DNA of 42,635 nt, from positions 1-42,635 of the forward strand of contig CAYULZ010000001.1 of assembly GCA_964445865.1 (NCBI GenBank), written 5' to 3'. A program made the position numbers and the translations under genes. The first letter of the stretch is position 1. Each line of letters starts with the position of its first letter. The notes beneath the pieces were generated by a model that worked only from the letters and a program-made list of their open reading frames with translations, was not told the origin of the DNA and ran no database searches. This document shows, piece after piece, positions 16,517 through 25,466 of the stretch. The stretch is from an uncultured Lachnospiraceae bacterium (GTDB lineage Bacteria; Bacillota; Clostridia; Oscillospirales; CAG-272).

Positions 16517-17294
16517 ATATCCGATGTCGCAGGCGCTGCTCCTGACGCAGCGCAGATGGCGTTTTGCCTGTGTATTGCTTGACGATCTTGCGCAAATGCG
16601 CCACCGAGTGCAAGCCGAGCGTGACGGCAATGTCTTCGACTGAAAAATCGGTTGTGCCGAGGAGGGTGACGGCCTTTTCCGCAAGGATTCGGTTTTTGAG
16701 CTCGATGGGCGTGGTGTCGGCGTAGGCACGGAAAAAGGCGTAGAGTGCCGATTCGCTGATGGCGCAATGGCGCGCGAGCTCTGAGACGCGGAAATGTGGG
16801 TGAAGATCAATGTAACGACGAGCCTTGGAAAAGAGCGCGCGATCACGATCCATGTCGATGCGTTGCATGGTGGGGAACATCTTGCCGAGGAAGGCGTACA
16901 AAAGGCCAATCGAGATACAGTTCACCGCTTTGTTTTCCGAAAGGTGGTCGAGATCGGAGAGGGCCTCGGCGTCGGGGTACAGCATCTGCAGCGCGTACTG
17001 TCGCCCCGAGCGGCAGGGAAAGAGGTCAAAGCGATAGGATTCGAATTCCACCGTACCGCCCTCACCCTCGTCGGGATACCAGTACGAATGATAGCGCATG
17101 CCGAGCGGCATGTAAAAAATATCGCCCTTCGAGAGGCAGAGCTCTTCGCCGCGGTCGGTGACAATACGTGCCGTACCCTTAAGCATACGGCCGATGTGAT
17201 GAGAGAGCACGCCGGACGATCGATCGGTATGGTGCACATTTTGGAAAATTTGAGTGGTAAAGAAAAAGGAATTGTAGAAACGTATATTATCCAT
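16515..17294 (-). CDS. AraC-family transcriptional regulator with an N-terminal cupin domain
   Basis: MDNIRFYNSFFF... cupin-like N-terminal half. C-terminal HTH: ...LARHCAISESALYAFFRAYADTTPIELKNRILAEKAVTLL...VEDIAVTLGLHSVAHLRKIVKQYTGKTPSALR. Confidence 0.85.
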   Translation of the reverse strand: MDNIRFYNSFFFTTQIFQNVHHTDRSSGVLSHHIGRMLKGTARIVTDRGEELCLSKGDIFYMPLGMRYHSYWYPDEGEGGTVEFESYRFDLFPCRSGRQYALQMLYPDAEALSDLDHLSENKAVNCISIGLLYAFLGKMFPTMQRIDMDRDRALFSKARRYIDLHPHFRVSELARHCAISESALYAFFRAYADTTPIELKNRILAEKAVTLLGTTDFSVEDIAVTLGLHSVAHLRKIVKQYTGKTPSALRQEQRLRHRI

Positions 17295-17361
17295 ATTGAA
17301 AAACCTTCGTTTTTTTCTCATAATTTTGGAGAATTGAGTCGTTTTCTTGTATTATATCATA

Positions 17362-17390
17362 TTGCTTTTCGCACGTCAATATGGTACAAT
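17362..17390 (+). promoter_or_regulatory. Promoter of the four-gene oxidoreductase operon, divergent from the AraC gene
   Basis: TTGCTT (17362-17367), 17-nt spacer, TGG-TACAAT (17385-17390). Confidence 0.65.
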
Positions 17391-17417
17391 ACAAAAAAAG
17401 AAAAGGAGAGGAAGTCT

Positions 17418-18434
17418 ATGACCAATCCCGGTATTATATTTATCGCCCCCGGCGTGGCCGAGCTACGTGAAGGCGAGATTCCCACGCTACGCGCGGGCGA
17501 GGTTTTGATCCGTGCCGAGCGAACGGCGATCAGCGCGGGTACGGAGCGCGCCAATCTTTTGGGCGATCCCAATGTCAGCATTTCTTCAAAAGGCGAGGTG
17601 AAATTCCCGCGTCAGTCGGGATATAGTGCGTCCGGTGTCGTCGCGGCAGTCGGTGAGGGCGTTACCTCTCTTCGCGTGGGCGACCGCGTGGCCTGCTCGG
17701 AGAGCAAGCACGCGCGCTATTTCCGACTCAAGGAAAAATACGTCTATCCGCTCGACGATGCGATCGGCTTTGATACGGGCGCGCTCGTTCGCATTGCGAC
17801 CTTCCCCTTGGCGGCCATTCGCAAGTGCCGTCTGGAGATCGGTGAATCGGCGATCGTCATGGGACTCGGCGTGCTTGGTCTCATCGGGGTTACTCTCTTG
17901 CGCGCGGCGGGCGCTACGCCGATCATCGCTGTTGATCCCGTGCCCGAAAAGCGGACACGTGCCCTCACGCTCGGCGCAGACTACGCGCTCGATCCCTTCG
18001 CTCCCGATTTCGTTTCCGAGGTCAAGCGACTGACGGGCGGTGGCGCGAAGGTCGCGCTTGAGATCACGGGCAAGGGGCAGGGACTCGATATGGTGCTCGA
18101 CGTCATGGCACGCATGGGACGCGTAGCCCTGCTCGGTTGTACGAGAGATGCCGACTTTAGCATTGATTATTACCGCAAGGTTCACGGCCCCGGCATCAGC
18201 CTCATCGGTGCGCACACGGCGGCACGTCCGCGCGAGGAATCGTCGGCAGGACTTTGGACCGAGCGTGACGACGCACTCGCCGTTCTCTCGCTCGTCAAGC
18301 ACGGAAGGCTCTCGCTTGCCGACCTTGTCGAGGAGGTTCATGCCCCCACCGAGGCACAGGCGGTCTATACGCGTCTTGCGACCGAGCGCGCGTTTCCCGT
18401 CGTACAGTTTGATTGGTCGGGAATGGGGGATTGA
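17418..18434 (+). CDS. Medium-chain dehydrogenase/reductase (MDR, alcohol dehydrogenase-like); apparently lacks the catalytic Zn motif
   Basis: ATG 17418 behind AAAGGAGAGG. The ORF-track entry 16794..18434 has a spurious N-terminal extension antisense to the AraC gene. ...VLIRAERTAISAGTE...GYSASGVVAAVGEGV... reads GYS where GHE is usual. Rossmann motif VMGLGVLGLIG. Confidence 0.75.
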   Translation: MTNPGIIFIAPGVAELREGEIPTLRAGEVLIRAERTAISAGTERANLLGDPNVSISSKGEVKFPRQSGYSASGVVAAVGEGVTSLRVGDRVACSESKHARYFRLKEKYVYPLDDAIGFDTGALVRIATFPLAAIRKCRLEIGESAIVMGLGVLGLIGVTLLRAAGATPIIAVDPVPEKRTRALTLGADYALDPFAPDFVSEVKRLTGGGAKVALEITGKGQGLDMVLDVMARMGRVALLGCTRDADFSIDYYRKVHGPGISLIGAHTAARPREESSAGLWTERDDALAVLSLVKHGRLSLADLVEEVHAPTEAQAVYTRLATERAFPVVQFDWSGMGD

Positions 18435-18436
18435 CC

Positions 18437-19468
18437 GTGAGAAAAATAAAAATCGCACAGATCGGCATCAATTATATCAGCCACGGCAGAGAGGTTTTTG
18501 AGACGCTTGCGCGTTTTCCCGATCTCTTTGAGATCGCAGGCTACGCGATCGTTGAGAACGAGCGGGAGACCTGCTCGAAAAAGCTCGGTTGCTTTGACAG
18601 CTACCGAGAGCTGTCCTTGGAAGAAATTCTGAACGATCCCACGATCGAGGCCGTAATGGTCGAGACCGACGAGATTCATTTGCTCAAATATGCGTTGATG
18701 GCGGCCGAGCATGGCAAGCATATCCATATGGAGAAGCCGGGAAGCCCGTGCCTTGCCGATTTTGAGAGGCTCGTTGCTTTGCAAAGGGCGCAGGGCAAAC
18801 TGTTGCACCTCGGCTACATGTACCGTTACAATCCGACGGTACAGCACTTGTTTTCCCGTGTAAAAAACGGAGAGCTCGGAGAGATTTTTTCGGTCGAGGC
18901 ACAGATGAGCTGTCGCCATCCTGCCAAGGTTCGTACGCTTTTGTCGGCGTTTCCGGGTGGTATGACCTTTTATCTCGGCTGTCATCTGGTCGATCTGGTT
19001 TTGCAGCTTCAGGGAGAGCCGACGCGCATTCTTCCGCTTAATCGCTCGACGGGCTTGGAGGGCGTCGCGGCTGAGGATTTTGGCATGGCAGTACTCGAAT
19101 ACCCGAACGGCGTGTCCTTCATCAAGACGTGTGCCTGCGAGATCGGCGGATATCATCGCCGTCAGCTTGTCGCCAGCGGCACCAAGGGAACGGTGGAGAT
19201 CAAGCCGCTCGAGTGCTATACGGGAAGCGGCTATCTGCAATATACGACCGAAACGCAATACACCGATGAAGCCAGCTGGCATACCAAGGGGGAAACGGCG
19301 GACGGGCCGATCCACGATCGCTATGAGGTCATGCTGACAGCCTTTGCCGCGATGGTACGCGGAGAAAAAGAAAATCCTTATACCTACGATTACGAGCTGA
19401 CGCTCTTTCGCACGCTGCTTGCGTGCTGTGGCGTAGAGAATACTATAAAAAAAGGAGAAATGATATGA
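18437..19468 (+). CDS. Gfo/Idh/MocA-family NAD(P)-dependent oxidoreductase
   Basis: GTG 18437 preferred (GGGGGA 8 nt upstream); ATG 18413 is the alternative. KIKIAQIGINYISHGREV...VMVETDEIHLLKYALMAAEHGKHIHMEKP. Confidence 0.8.
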   Translation: MRKIKIAQIGINYISHGREVFETLARFPDLFEIAGYAIVENERETCSKKLGCFDSYRELSLEEILNDPTIEAVMVETDEIHLLKYALMAAEHGKHIHMEKPGSPCLADFERLVALQRAQGKLLHLGYMYRYNPTVQHLFSRVKNGELGEIFSVEAQMSCRHPAKVRTLLSAFPGGMTFYLGCHLVDLVLQLQGEPTRILPLNRSTGLEGVAAEDFGMAVLEYPNGVSFIKTCACEIGGYHRRQLVASGTKGTVEIKPLECYTGSGYLQYTTETQYTDEASWHTKGETADGPIHDRYEVMLTAFAAMVRGEKENPYTYDYELTLFRTLLACCGVENTIKKGEMI

Positions 19469-20451
19469 AAGCGATTTTGATTGATAAAACCGACAGAAGC
19501 CTCCATTGGAGCGACGTTCCCGATCCCGTGATCCGCGAGGATGAGGTGCTCGTCAAGATTGCGGCGGCCGCGCTCAACCGCGCCGATCTGATGCAGAGAG
19601 AAGGAAATTATCCACCTCCTCCCGGTTGTCCCGAATGGATGGGGCTTGAGATCGCGGGCGAGATCGTCTCGCTCGGCGACGAGGCGGCAGAGAAGTCCTC
19701 GTGGCATGTCGGTGACCGCGTCTGCGCGCTGCTCGGTGGCGGCGGCTATGCCGAATACGCCGCCGTGCGCTACGATATGCTCATGCCGATCCCGAGGAAT
19801 TGCTCGATGATCGAGGCGGCGGCCATGCCCGAGGCCTTTGCCACGGGCTATCTCAACCTTTTTGTTGAGGGAAAAATCAAGGCGGGGGATACGCTTCTGA
19901 TGCAGGCGGGTGCGAGTGGTCTGGCGAGTGTGATCATTCCGATGGCCAAAGCGTTTGGTGTGCGCGTAATCACGACGGTGCTCACGGCCGCGATCGCCGC
20001 GTCGATCGCGCACCTTGGCGCGGACGTGGTGGTCGATACCTCGTCCGAGGCGCTCGTTGACGTGCTGAAGCGCGAGCTGGACGCAGGACACCCCGTGGAC
20101 GTGGCCATCGACTGCCTCGGCGGCCGCGGCATGGGCGAATGCCTCAAATATCTCTCGCATGGCGCGCGCTGGATCATGATCGCAACACTCGCGGGAGACC
20201 TTACCGAGATCGATCTGCGTAACGTTTTTGTTCGAAACGTGCGCGTGATCGGAAGCACGCTTCGCTCCCGCACACCTGCTGTGAAGGCCGAACTTCTCGC
20301 GTCGCTCGTCCGCGACGTCTGGCCGAAGGTCGAGGCGGGGCTCGTCAAGCCGACTGTCTACAAGGTTCTGCCCATCACCGAGGCCGAGGAGGCTCACAAC
20401 ATTCTGTATCGTGGCGAGAACGTCGGCAAGGTCGTTCTGACCGTGTCCTAA
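19465..20451 (+). CDS. NAD(P)H:quinone oxidoreductase-type MDR (zeta-crystallin-like)
   Basis: ATGA start/stop overlap with the upstream gene. MKAILIDK...EVLVKIAAAALNRADLMQREGNYPPPPG...LMQAGASGLAS...GENVGKVVLTV. Confidence 0.8.
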   Translation: MKAILIDKTDRSLHWSDVPDPVIREDEVLVKIAAAALNRADLMQREGNYPPPPGCPEWMGLEIAGEIVSLGDEAAEKSSWHVGDRVCALLGGGGYAEYAAVRYDMLMPIPRNCSMIEAAAMPEAFATGYLNLFVEGKIKAGDTLLMQAGASGLASVIIPMAKAFGVRVITTVLTAAIAASIAHLGADVVVDTSSEALVDVLKRELDAGHPVDVAIDCLGGRGMGECLKYLSHGARWIMIATLAGDLTEIDLRNVFVRNVRVIGSTLRSRTPAVKAELLASLVRDVWPKVEAGLVKPTVYKVLPITEAEEAHNILYRGENVGKVVLTVS

Positions 20452-20463
20452 GGAGGAAAGACG

Positions 20464-21513
20464 ATGAAGGATTTTAAGATCAGTATTTTTCTTGGCACGT
20501 TTCAGCGCCGATACGGCGTGAGAAAGGCGCTGGAGATTGCCAAAAACGTCGTCGGTGTCGACTACGTGGATTTTACCCTCGACGATTTTTACAGCCATCG
20601 CTCCGAGAAGCACGGTTCGTCGCCCGATTACCTGTATGATCAGAGCGAGGAAGCCTTGATCGACTATTTTACGGAGCTTCGTGCGTATATCGATTCCCTA
20701 GGGCTCACGGTCGCGCAGACGCACGGACGGAGTACGATCTTTTACGACGATCCCGCCGAGGATGCGGCCGTTCTTTTCGACGCGCGCATCGACCTTGTCG
20801 CCACGCGGATCCTCGGTGCAAAGCATTGTGTCTTCCATTGCCCGCCCAGCACGCGTACGTATCAGATGCCTGCGGAGCAGCTTGACGAGATGCATTACGA
20901 ATTTTTCTCAAAGCTGGCACCGATCGCGCGTGAGAACGGAGTGAAGATCGCCATCGAAACCGGCGGCAATGCGGGTCCGAATTACGAGATTTTCGGCCAT
21001 TTTTGCCACGCCGACCATTTCATCAAGGCTTATGAGCGCCTTGTGGCCGTGCCCGAATTCCGCGACGTCTTCTGCTGCTGCGTGGATACGGGGCACAGCA
21101 ATACGGCGGCCAAGCACGAGGGCGAGCCGACGGTGCCGGATCTTGTGCGCCGCCTCGGGTCGGCGGTCGAGGTGTTGCATATCAACGACAACGAGGGCAA
21201 GACCGACATGCATGCCGTGCCCATGCCCGATGCGCACCCCTTTACGGGTGCGGTCGATTGGTGGGATTTCTTCCGCGCGCTCGACGAGATCGGCTACGAG
21301 GGCTACTACAACCTCGAACTCGGCTTTAACAATTATTGCCGCAATTTCGCCATTGAGGAGGCGATCTTTTCGGTGAAGGTGCTCAAGAATCTGTTGCAGA
21401 TGCATTACGGCCTTGTGCACGAGGGCTTCATCGACGATACGCCCTACCTCTCGGAAGCCTTTAAGGAAAGACAGCGACAAAAGCTGAAAAAGCAGTTGCA
21501 GGCACAGAAGTAA
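20464..21513 (+). CDS. Xylose-isomerase-like TIM-barrel protein (annotated family: sugar phosphate isomerase/epimerase)
   Basis: 349 aa: ...GAKHCVFHCP...VKIAIETGG...CVDTGHSN...VLHINDNEG...GYEGYYNLEL. The metal-ligand spacing is typical of the AP_endonuc_2 fold. Confidence 0.7.
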   Translation: MKDFKISIFLGTFQRRYGVRKALEIAKNVVGVDYVDFTLDDFYSHRSEKHGSSPDYLYDQSEEALIDYFTELRAYIDSLGLTVAQTHGRSTIFYDDPAEDAAVLFDARIDLVATRILGAKHCVFHCPPSTRTYQMPAEQLDEMHYEFFSKLAPIARENGVKIAIETGGNAGPNYEIFGHFCHADHFIKAYERLVAVPEFRDVFCCCVDTGHSNTAAKHEGEPTVPDLVRRLGSAVEVLHINDNEGKTDMHAVPMPDAHPFTGAVDWWDFFRALDEIGYEGYYNLELGFNNYCRNFAIEEAIFSVKVLKNLLQMHYGLVHEGFIDDTPYLSEAFKERQRQKLKKQLQAQK

Positions 21514-21524
21514 AAGTTTACGTA

Positions 21525-21568
21525 GCCTCTGCCATTCTATGGAAATGGCAGAGGCATTTTTTCTTTTT
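21525..21568 (+). terminator. Intrinsic terminator of the oxidoreductase operon
   Basis: 12-bp stem GCCTCTGCCATT/AATGGCAGAGGC followed by ATTTTTTCTTTTT. Confidence 0.8.
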
Positions 21569-21650
21569 CACCTAAAAAAATTGCGAATTCATTCAAAGTT
21601 AATTTACAAAGCGGTATTTATTGTGAAAACAATCTGTATTATAATGTAAT

Positions 21651-23429
21651 ATGTATCATTATGACAAAAAGGAAGTGTTTTTCTTGGGTATTATCAAAAC
21701 GTTATCGAAAAGCGTACGCGAATACAAGAAATACGCCATCATGACGCCCGTCTTTATGGTGGGCGAGGTTCTGGTGGAGTGTATGATCCCGTTTATCACG
21801 GCCTCGCTGGTCAATGCGATCCGCGCGGACTGTGACATGGGAACGATCACGCGCTACGGCCTTTTGCTCCTCGGCATGGCAGTGCTCTCGCTTTGCTTTG
21901 GTGCTCTGGCAGGTCGGATGGCGGCTATCGCCTCGTGCGGCTTTGCTAAAAATTTGCGGCACGATCTGTTCGTGTCGGTGCAGAAGTATTCCTTCTCCAA
22001 CATCGACAAGTTTTCTACCTCGAGCCTTGTGACGCGTCTGACAACCGACGTATCGAACGTGCAGATGGCCTTTATGATGATCATTCGCACGGCTGTCCGC
22101 TCTCCGTTGATGCTGACCTTTGCGCTCATTATGGCGATCGCGATCAGCCCGAAGATGTCAGTGGCCTTTGCCGTGGTCATTCCGATCCTCGCGGTCGGCT
22201 TGACGCTGATTATTCGTACGACCATGCCGATTTTTCGTGCCGTGTTCAAGAAATACGACAATTTGAACAATTCGGTGCAGGAGAACGTCAGCGGTATGCG
22301 CGTGGTCAAGGCTTACGTGCGTGAAAATTACGAAAAGGAAAAATTCAACCGCGCCTCGGACGAGGTGGCAGGCGACTTTACAAAGGCGGAAAAGATCCTT
22401 GCGCTCAACTCCCCTCTGATGCAGCTTTGCTTTAATCTCTTGAATCTGACGGTCTCCTTCTTCGGTACGATGCTGATCATTCAAACGGGCGGCCGTGACC
22501 TGGATATTGGCGGCTATTCCTCGCTTCTGACCTACGGTGCGCAGATTCTGATGAGCCTGATGATGTTCTCGATGATCATCGTCATGCTTTCGATGTCGGT
22601 GGCCTCGGCCAACCGTCTTTGCGAGGTGCTGCGCGAGCAGAGTGCGATCGTCAACCCCGACAGTCCCGTGACCGAGGTGCGCGACGGCAGTATCATTTTC
22701 GACCGCGTGCAGTTCTCGTATTCCAAGACCGCCGAAAAGGCAGCGCTTGCCGATATTAACCTCTTTATCGCTTCGGGCGAAACAGTGGGCATCATCGGCG
22801 GTACGGGAAGCGGCAAATCGAGTCTCGTTCAGCTCATTTCGCGTCTGTACGACGTGAGTGAGGGCTCCGTCAAGGTTGGCGGCGTCGACGTCCGCGATTA
22901 CGACGTTGAGGTTCTGCGCAACCAAGTGGCCATGGTGCTACAGAAGAACGTACTCTTTTCGGGTACGATCAAGGACAACCTGCGTTGGGGTGATCCCCAT
23001 GCAACCGACGAGGATATGGTGCGGATCTGCAAGCTTGCACAGGCGCACGAGTTTATTGAGAGCTTTCCCGATGGCTACGATACTTACATCGAGCAGGGCG
23101 GCACGAACGTGTCTGGCGGCCAGAAGCAACGACTTTGCATCGCCCGCGCCCTTTTGAAAAAGCCGAAGATCCTCATTCTCGACGACTCGACGAGTGCCGT
23201 TGATACCAAGACCGACGCGCTCATCCGCCGTGCGTTTGCCGAGGAGATCCCCGATACCACGAAGATCATCATTGCCCAGCGCACGTCGTCCGTGGAGCAT
23301 GCCGACAAGATCATCGTGATGGACGGCGGACGCATCGAATCGGTGGGCACACACGCCGAGCTGTTGGAAAAGAGCCCGATTTACCGCGAGGTATACGAGT
23401 CGCAGAACAAGGGAGGTGAGGACGCATGA
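21651..23429 (+). CDS. ABC exporter subunit (TMD-NBD) with a degenerate catalytic site
   Basis: Walker A GGTGSGKSS, signature VSGGQKQR. Walker B is ILILDDSTSAVD, with Asp where the catalytic Glu would be. The start may instead be TTG 21684 (LGIIKTLSKSVREYKK), which lies behind GGAAG. Confidence 0.85.
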   Translation: MYHYDKKEVFFLGIIKTLSKSVREYKKYAIMTPVFMVGEVLVECMIPFITASLVNAIRADCDMGTITRYGLLLLGMAVLSLCFGALAGRMAAIASCGFAKNLRHDLFVSVQKYSFSNIDKFSTSSLVTRLTTDVSNVQMAFMMIIRTAVRSPLMLTFALIMAIAISPKMSVAFAVVIPILAVGLTLIIRTTMPIFRAVFKKYDNLNNSVQENVSGMRVVKAYVRENYEKEKFNRASDEVAGDFTKAEKILALNSPLMQLCFNLLNLTVSFFGTMLIIQTGGRDLDIGGYSSLLTYGAQILMSLMMFSMIIVMLSMSVASANRLCEVLREQSAIVNPDSPVTEVRDGSIIFDRVQFSYSKTAEKAALADINLFIASGETVGIIGGTGSGKSSLVQLISRLYDVSEGSVKVGGVDVRDYDVEVLRNQVAMVLQKNVLFSGTIKDNLRWGDPHATDEDMVRICKLAQAHEFIESFPDGYDTYIEQGGTNVSGGQKQRLCIARALLKKPKILILDDSTSAVDTKTDALIRRAFAEEIPDTTKIIIAQRTSSVEHADKIIVMDGGRIESVGTHAELLEKSPIYREVYESQNKGGEDA

Positions 23430-25357
23430 GCAAGAGCAAGAATGCCAACGCAGGTGCTCCCATGGGAGGCAAGCCTGCCTTCCGTATGGACGTGCTGAAG
23501 CGCGTCATTGGTCTGTTGTTCCGTTACTACCGCCCGCAGATGATCTGTGTAGTCATCGGTATCGTGCTCGCCTCGGCGGCCTCCTCGATGGGAAGCATTT
23601 TCATGAACCGCTTCCTCAACTATATTACGCAGGGGCTTGAGGAGGGCTGGGACGCCGTCAAGGGCGGCATCATCGGCACCGTCCTCGTGATGATTGCCAT
23701 TTATCTGACGGGCCTTTTGGCGAACCTTTTGTACACGCGCATCATGGCCGTGGTGACGCAGAGCTTTTTGAACAAGCTGCGCCATGATCTGTTCTCGGGC
23801 ATGCAGGATCTGCCGATCCGCTATTTTGACACGCATGCGCACGGCGATATCATGTCCTACTATACGAACGACATCGACACCATTCGCGAGCTTGTTTCGG
23901 TTACGCTTCCGCATATTATCAACTCGGGACTGATCATTCTGTTCCTTGTGTTCAACATGCTCTATCTCAGCGTCTGGATGGCGGTGATCGTCTCCGTGGC
24001 CGTGATCGGCATGGTCTTTGTGACGCGCCACATCGGCGGAAACAGCGCGAAGAACTTTATGCGCATGCAGAAGTCGATCGCCAAGACCGAGGGCTTTGTC
24101 GAGGAAATGATGACGGGTCAGAAGGTCGTCAAGGTGTTCTGCCACGAGAAAAAGAGTGAGGAGGACTTTGACCGCATCAACGGCGAGCTTTGCGAAAACG
24201 CCACGCGCGCGCATTTGTTTGCCAATATTCTGATGCCGATCATGGGCAACATCGGAAATATTCTCTACGTGCTGATCGCCTTTGTGGGCGGCGCGCTGAT
24301 CGTCAGCGGAAACGTCTCGAACCTTTCGCTGTCGGGCCAGGCCATGGGCATTGCCGTCGTGGTACCGTTCCTTAACATGACGCGTCAGTTTACGAATAAC
24401 GTCAGCCAGGTCTCTCAGCAGACCAACACCATCGTGATGGCGATGGCAGGTGCCTCCCGCGTGTTCGAGCTTCTGGATGAGGAGCCCGAGACTGACGAGG
24501 GTTACGTCACGCTCGTGAACGCGAAGGAGATCGACGGAAAGATCGTCGAATGCGAGGAGCGCACGGGCATGTGGGCGTGGAAGCATCCGCATCAAGCCGA
24601 CGGCAACGTGACCTACACCAAGCTGCAGGGCGATGTGCGCATTGAGAACATGGACTTCGGCTATACGCCCGAGAAGATCGTATTGCACGACATCACCCTC
24701 TATGCCGAGCCCGGTCAGAAGGTGGCCTTTGTCGGTGCGACGGGCGCGGGCAAGACGACCATTACGAATCTGATCAATCGCTTCTACGATATCGACGACG
24801 GTAAGATCCGTTACGACGGCATCAACATCAACAAGATCAAAAAGGCTGATCTGCGCCGCTCGCTCGGCATGGTTCTGCAGGATACGAACCTCTTTACGGG
24901 CACAGTGATGGAGAATATCCGTTACGGTAAGCTCGATGCCTCCAACGAGGAGTGTGTCGCGGCGGCCAAGCTTGCGGGTGCGCACGATTTCATCACGCGT
25001 CTGCCCGAGGGCTATAACACCATGCTGACGGCCAATGGCGCGAACCTCTCGCAGGGTCAGCGTCAGCTGATTTCGATTGCGCGGGCGGCGGTTGCCGATC
25101 CTCCCGTGATGATCATGGACGAGGCAACCTCGTCGATCGATACACGTACCGAGGCGATCGTTCAGCGAGGCATGGACGCTCTGATGAAGGGACGAACGGT
25201 ATTCGTCATCGCACACCGTCTTTCCACCGTTCGCAATTCGGACGTGATCATGGTTCTCGAAAACGGTCGCATCATCGAGCGCGGCAATCACGAGAAGCTG
25301 ATCGCCGAAAAGGGAAAATATTATCAGCTGTATACCGGTGCGTTCGAGCTGGAATAA
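23426..25357 (+). CDS. ABC exporter subunit (TMD-NBD) with a consensus catalytic site; heterodimer partner
   Basis: ATGA overlap with the upstream gene. Walker A GATGAGKTT, signature LSQGQRQL, Walker B MIMDEATSSID. Confidence 0.85.
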   Translation: MSKSKNANAGAPMGGKPAFRMDVLKRVIGLLFRYYRPQMICVVIGIVLASAASSMGSIFMNRFLNYITQGLEEGWDAVKGGIIGTVLVMIAIYLTGLLANLLYTRIMAVVTQSFLNKLRHDLFSGMQDLPIRYFDTHAHGDIMSYYTNDIDTIRELVSVTLPHIINSGLIILFLVFNMLYLSVWMAVIVSVAVIGMVFVTRHIGGNSAKNFMRMQKSIAKTEGFVEEMMTGQKVVKVFCHEKKSEEDFDRINGELCENATRAHLFANILMPIMGNIGNILYVLIAFVGGALIVSGNVSNLSLSGQAMGIAVVVPFLNMTRQFTNNVSQVSQQTNTIVMAMAGASRVFELLDEEPETDEGYVTLVNAKEIDGKIVECEERTGMWAWKHPHQADGNVTYTKLQGDVRIENMDFGYTPEKIVLHDITLYAEPGQKVAFVGATGAGKTTITNLINRFYDIDDGKIRYDGININKIKKADLRRSLGMVLQDTNLFTGTVMENIRYGKLDASNEECVAAAKLAGAHDFITRLPEGYNTMLTANGANLSQGQRQLISIARAAVADPPVMIMDEATSSIDTRTEAIVQRGMDALMKGRTVFVIAHRLSTVRNSDVIMVLENGRIIERGNHEKLIAEKGKYYQLYTGAFELE

Positions 25358-25365
25358 CGAACGTC

Positions 25366-25399
25366 GCCGACCGCCGTGGCCATTGCCGCGGCGGTTGGC
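25366..25399 (+). terminator. GC-rich hairpin after the ABC operon, with no T-run
   Basis: CCGACCGCCG...CGGCGGTTGG stem (one G:U); no downstream U-tract. Confidence 0.35.
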
Positions 25400-25466
25400 C
25401 TTGTAAGGACTTTGGATACGATCTTCCATCGGTGAACGAGGTGCACTCGCACAGAAAGGAATTCAC

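Noticed and set aside
16794-17417. N-terminal 208-aa extension of the MDR dehydrogenase ORF (track entry 16794..18434). A similar extension precedes the ThDP enzyme (5536..5766).
   Set aside because: The extension is antisense to the AraC gene or overlaps the upstream gene, and has shadow-frame composition. Internal ATGs at 17418 and 5767 have good RBSs and typical family N-termini.
21651-25357. The ABC exporter pair as part of a bacteriocin, lantibiotic or other specialised system.
   Set aside because: There is no adjacent precursor peptide, modification enzyme, immunity gene or two-component regulator. The architecture, with one degenerate and one consensus NBD, is that of the common heterodimeric multidrug-type exporters.
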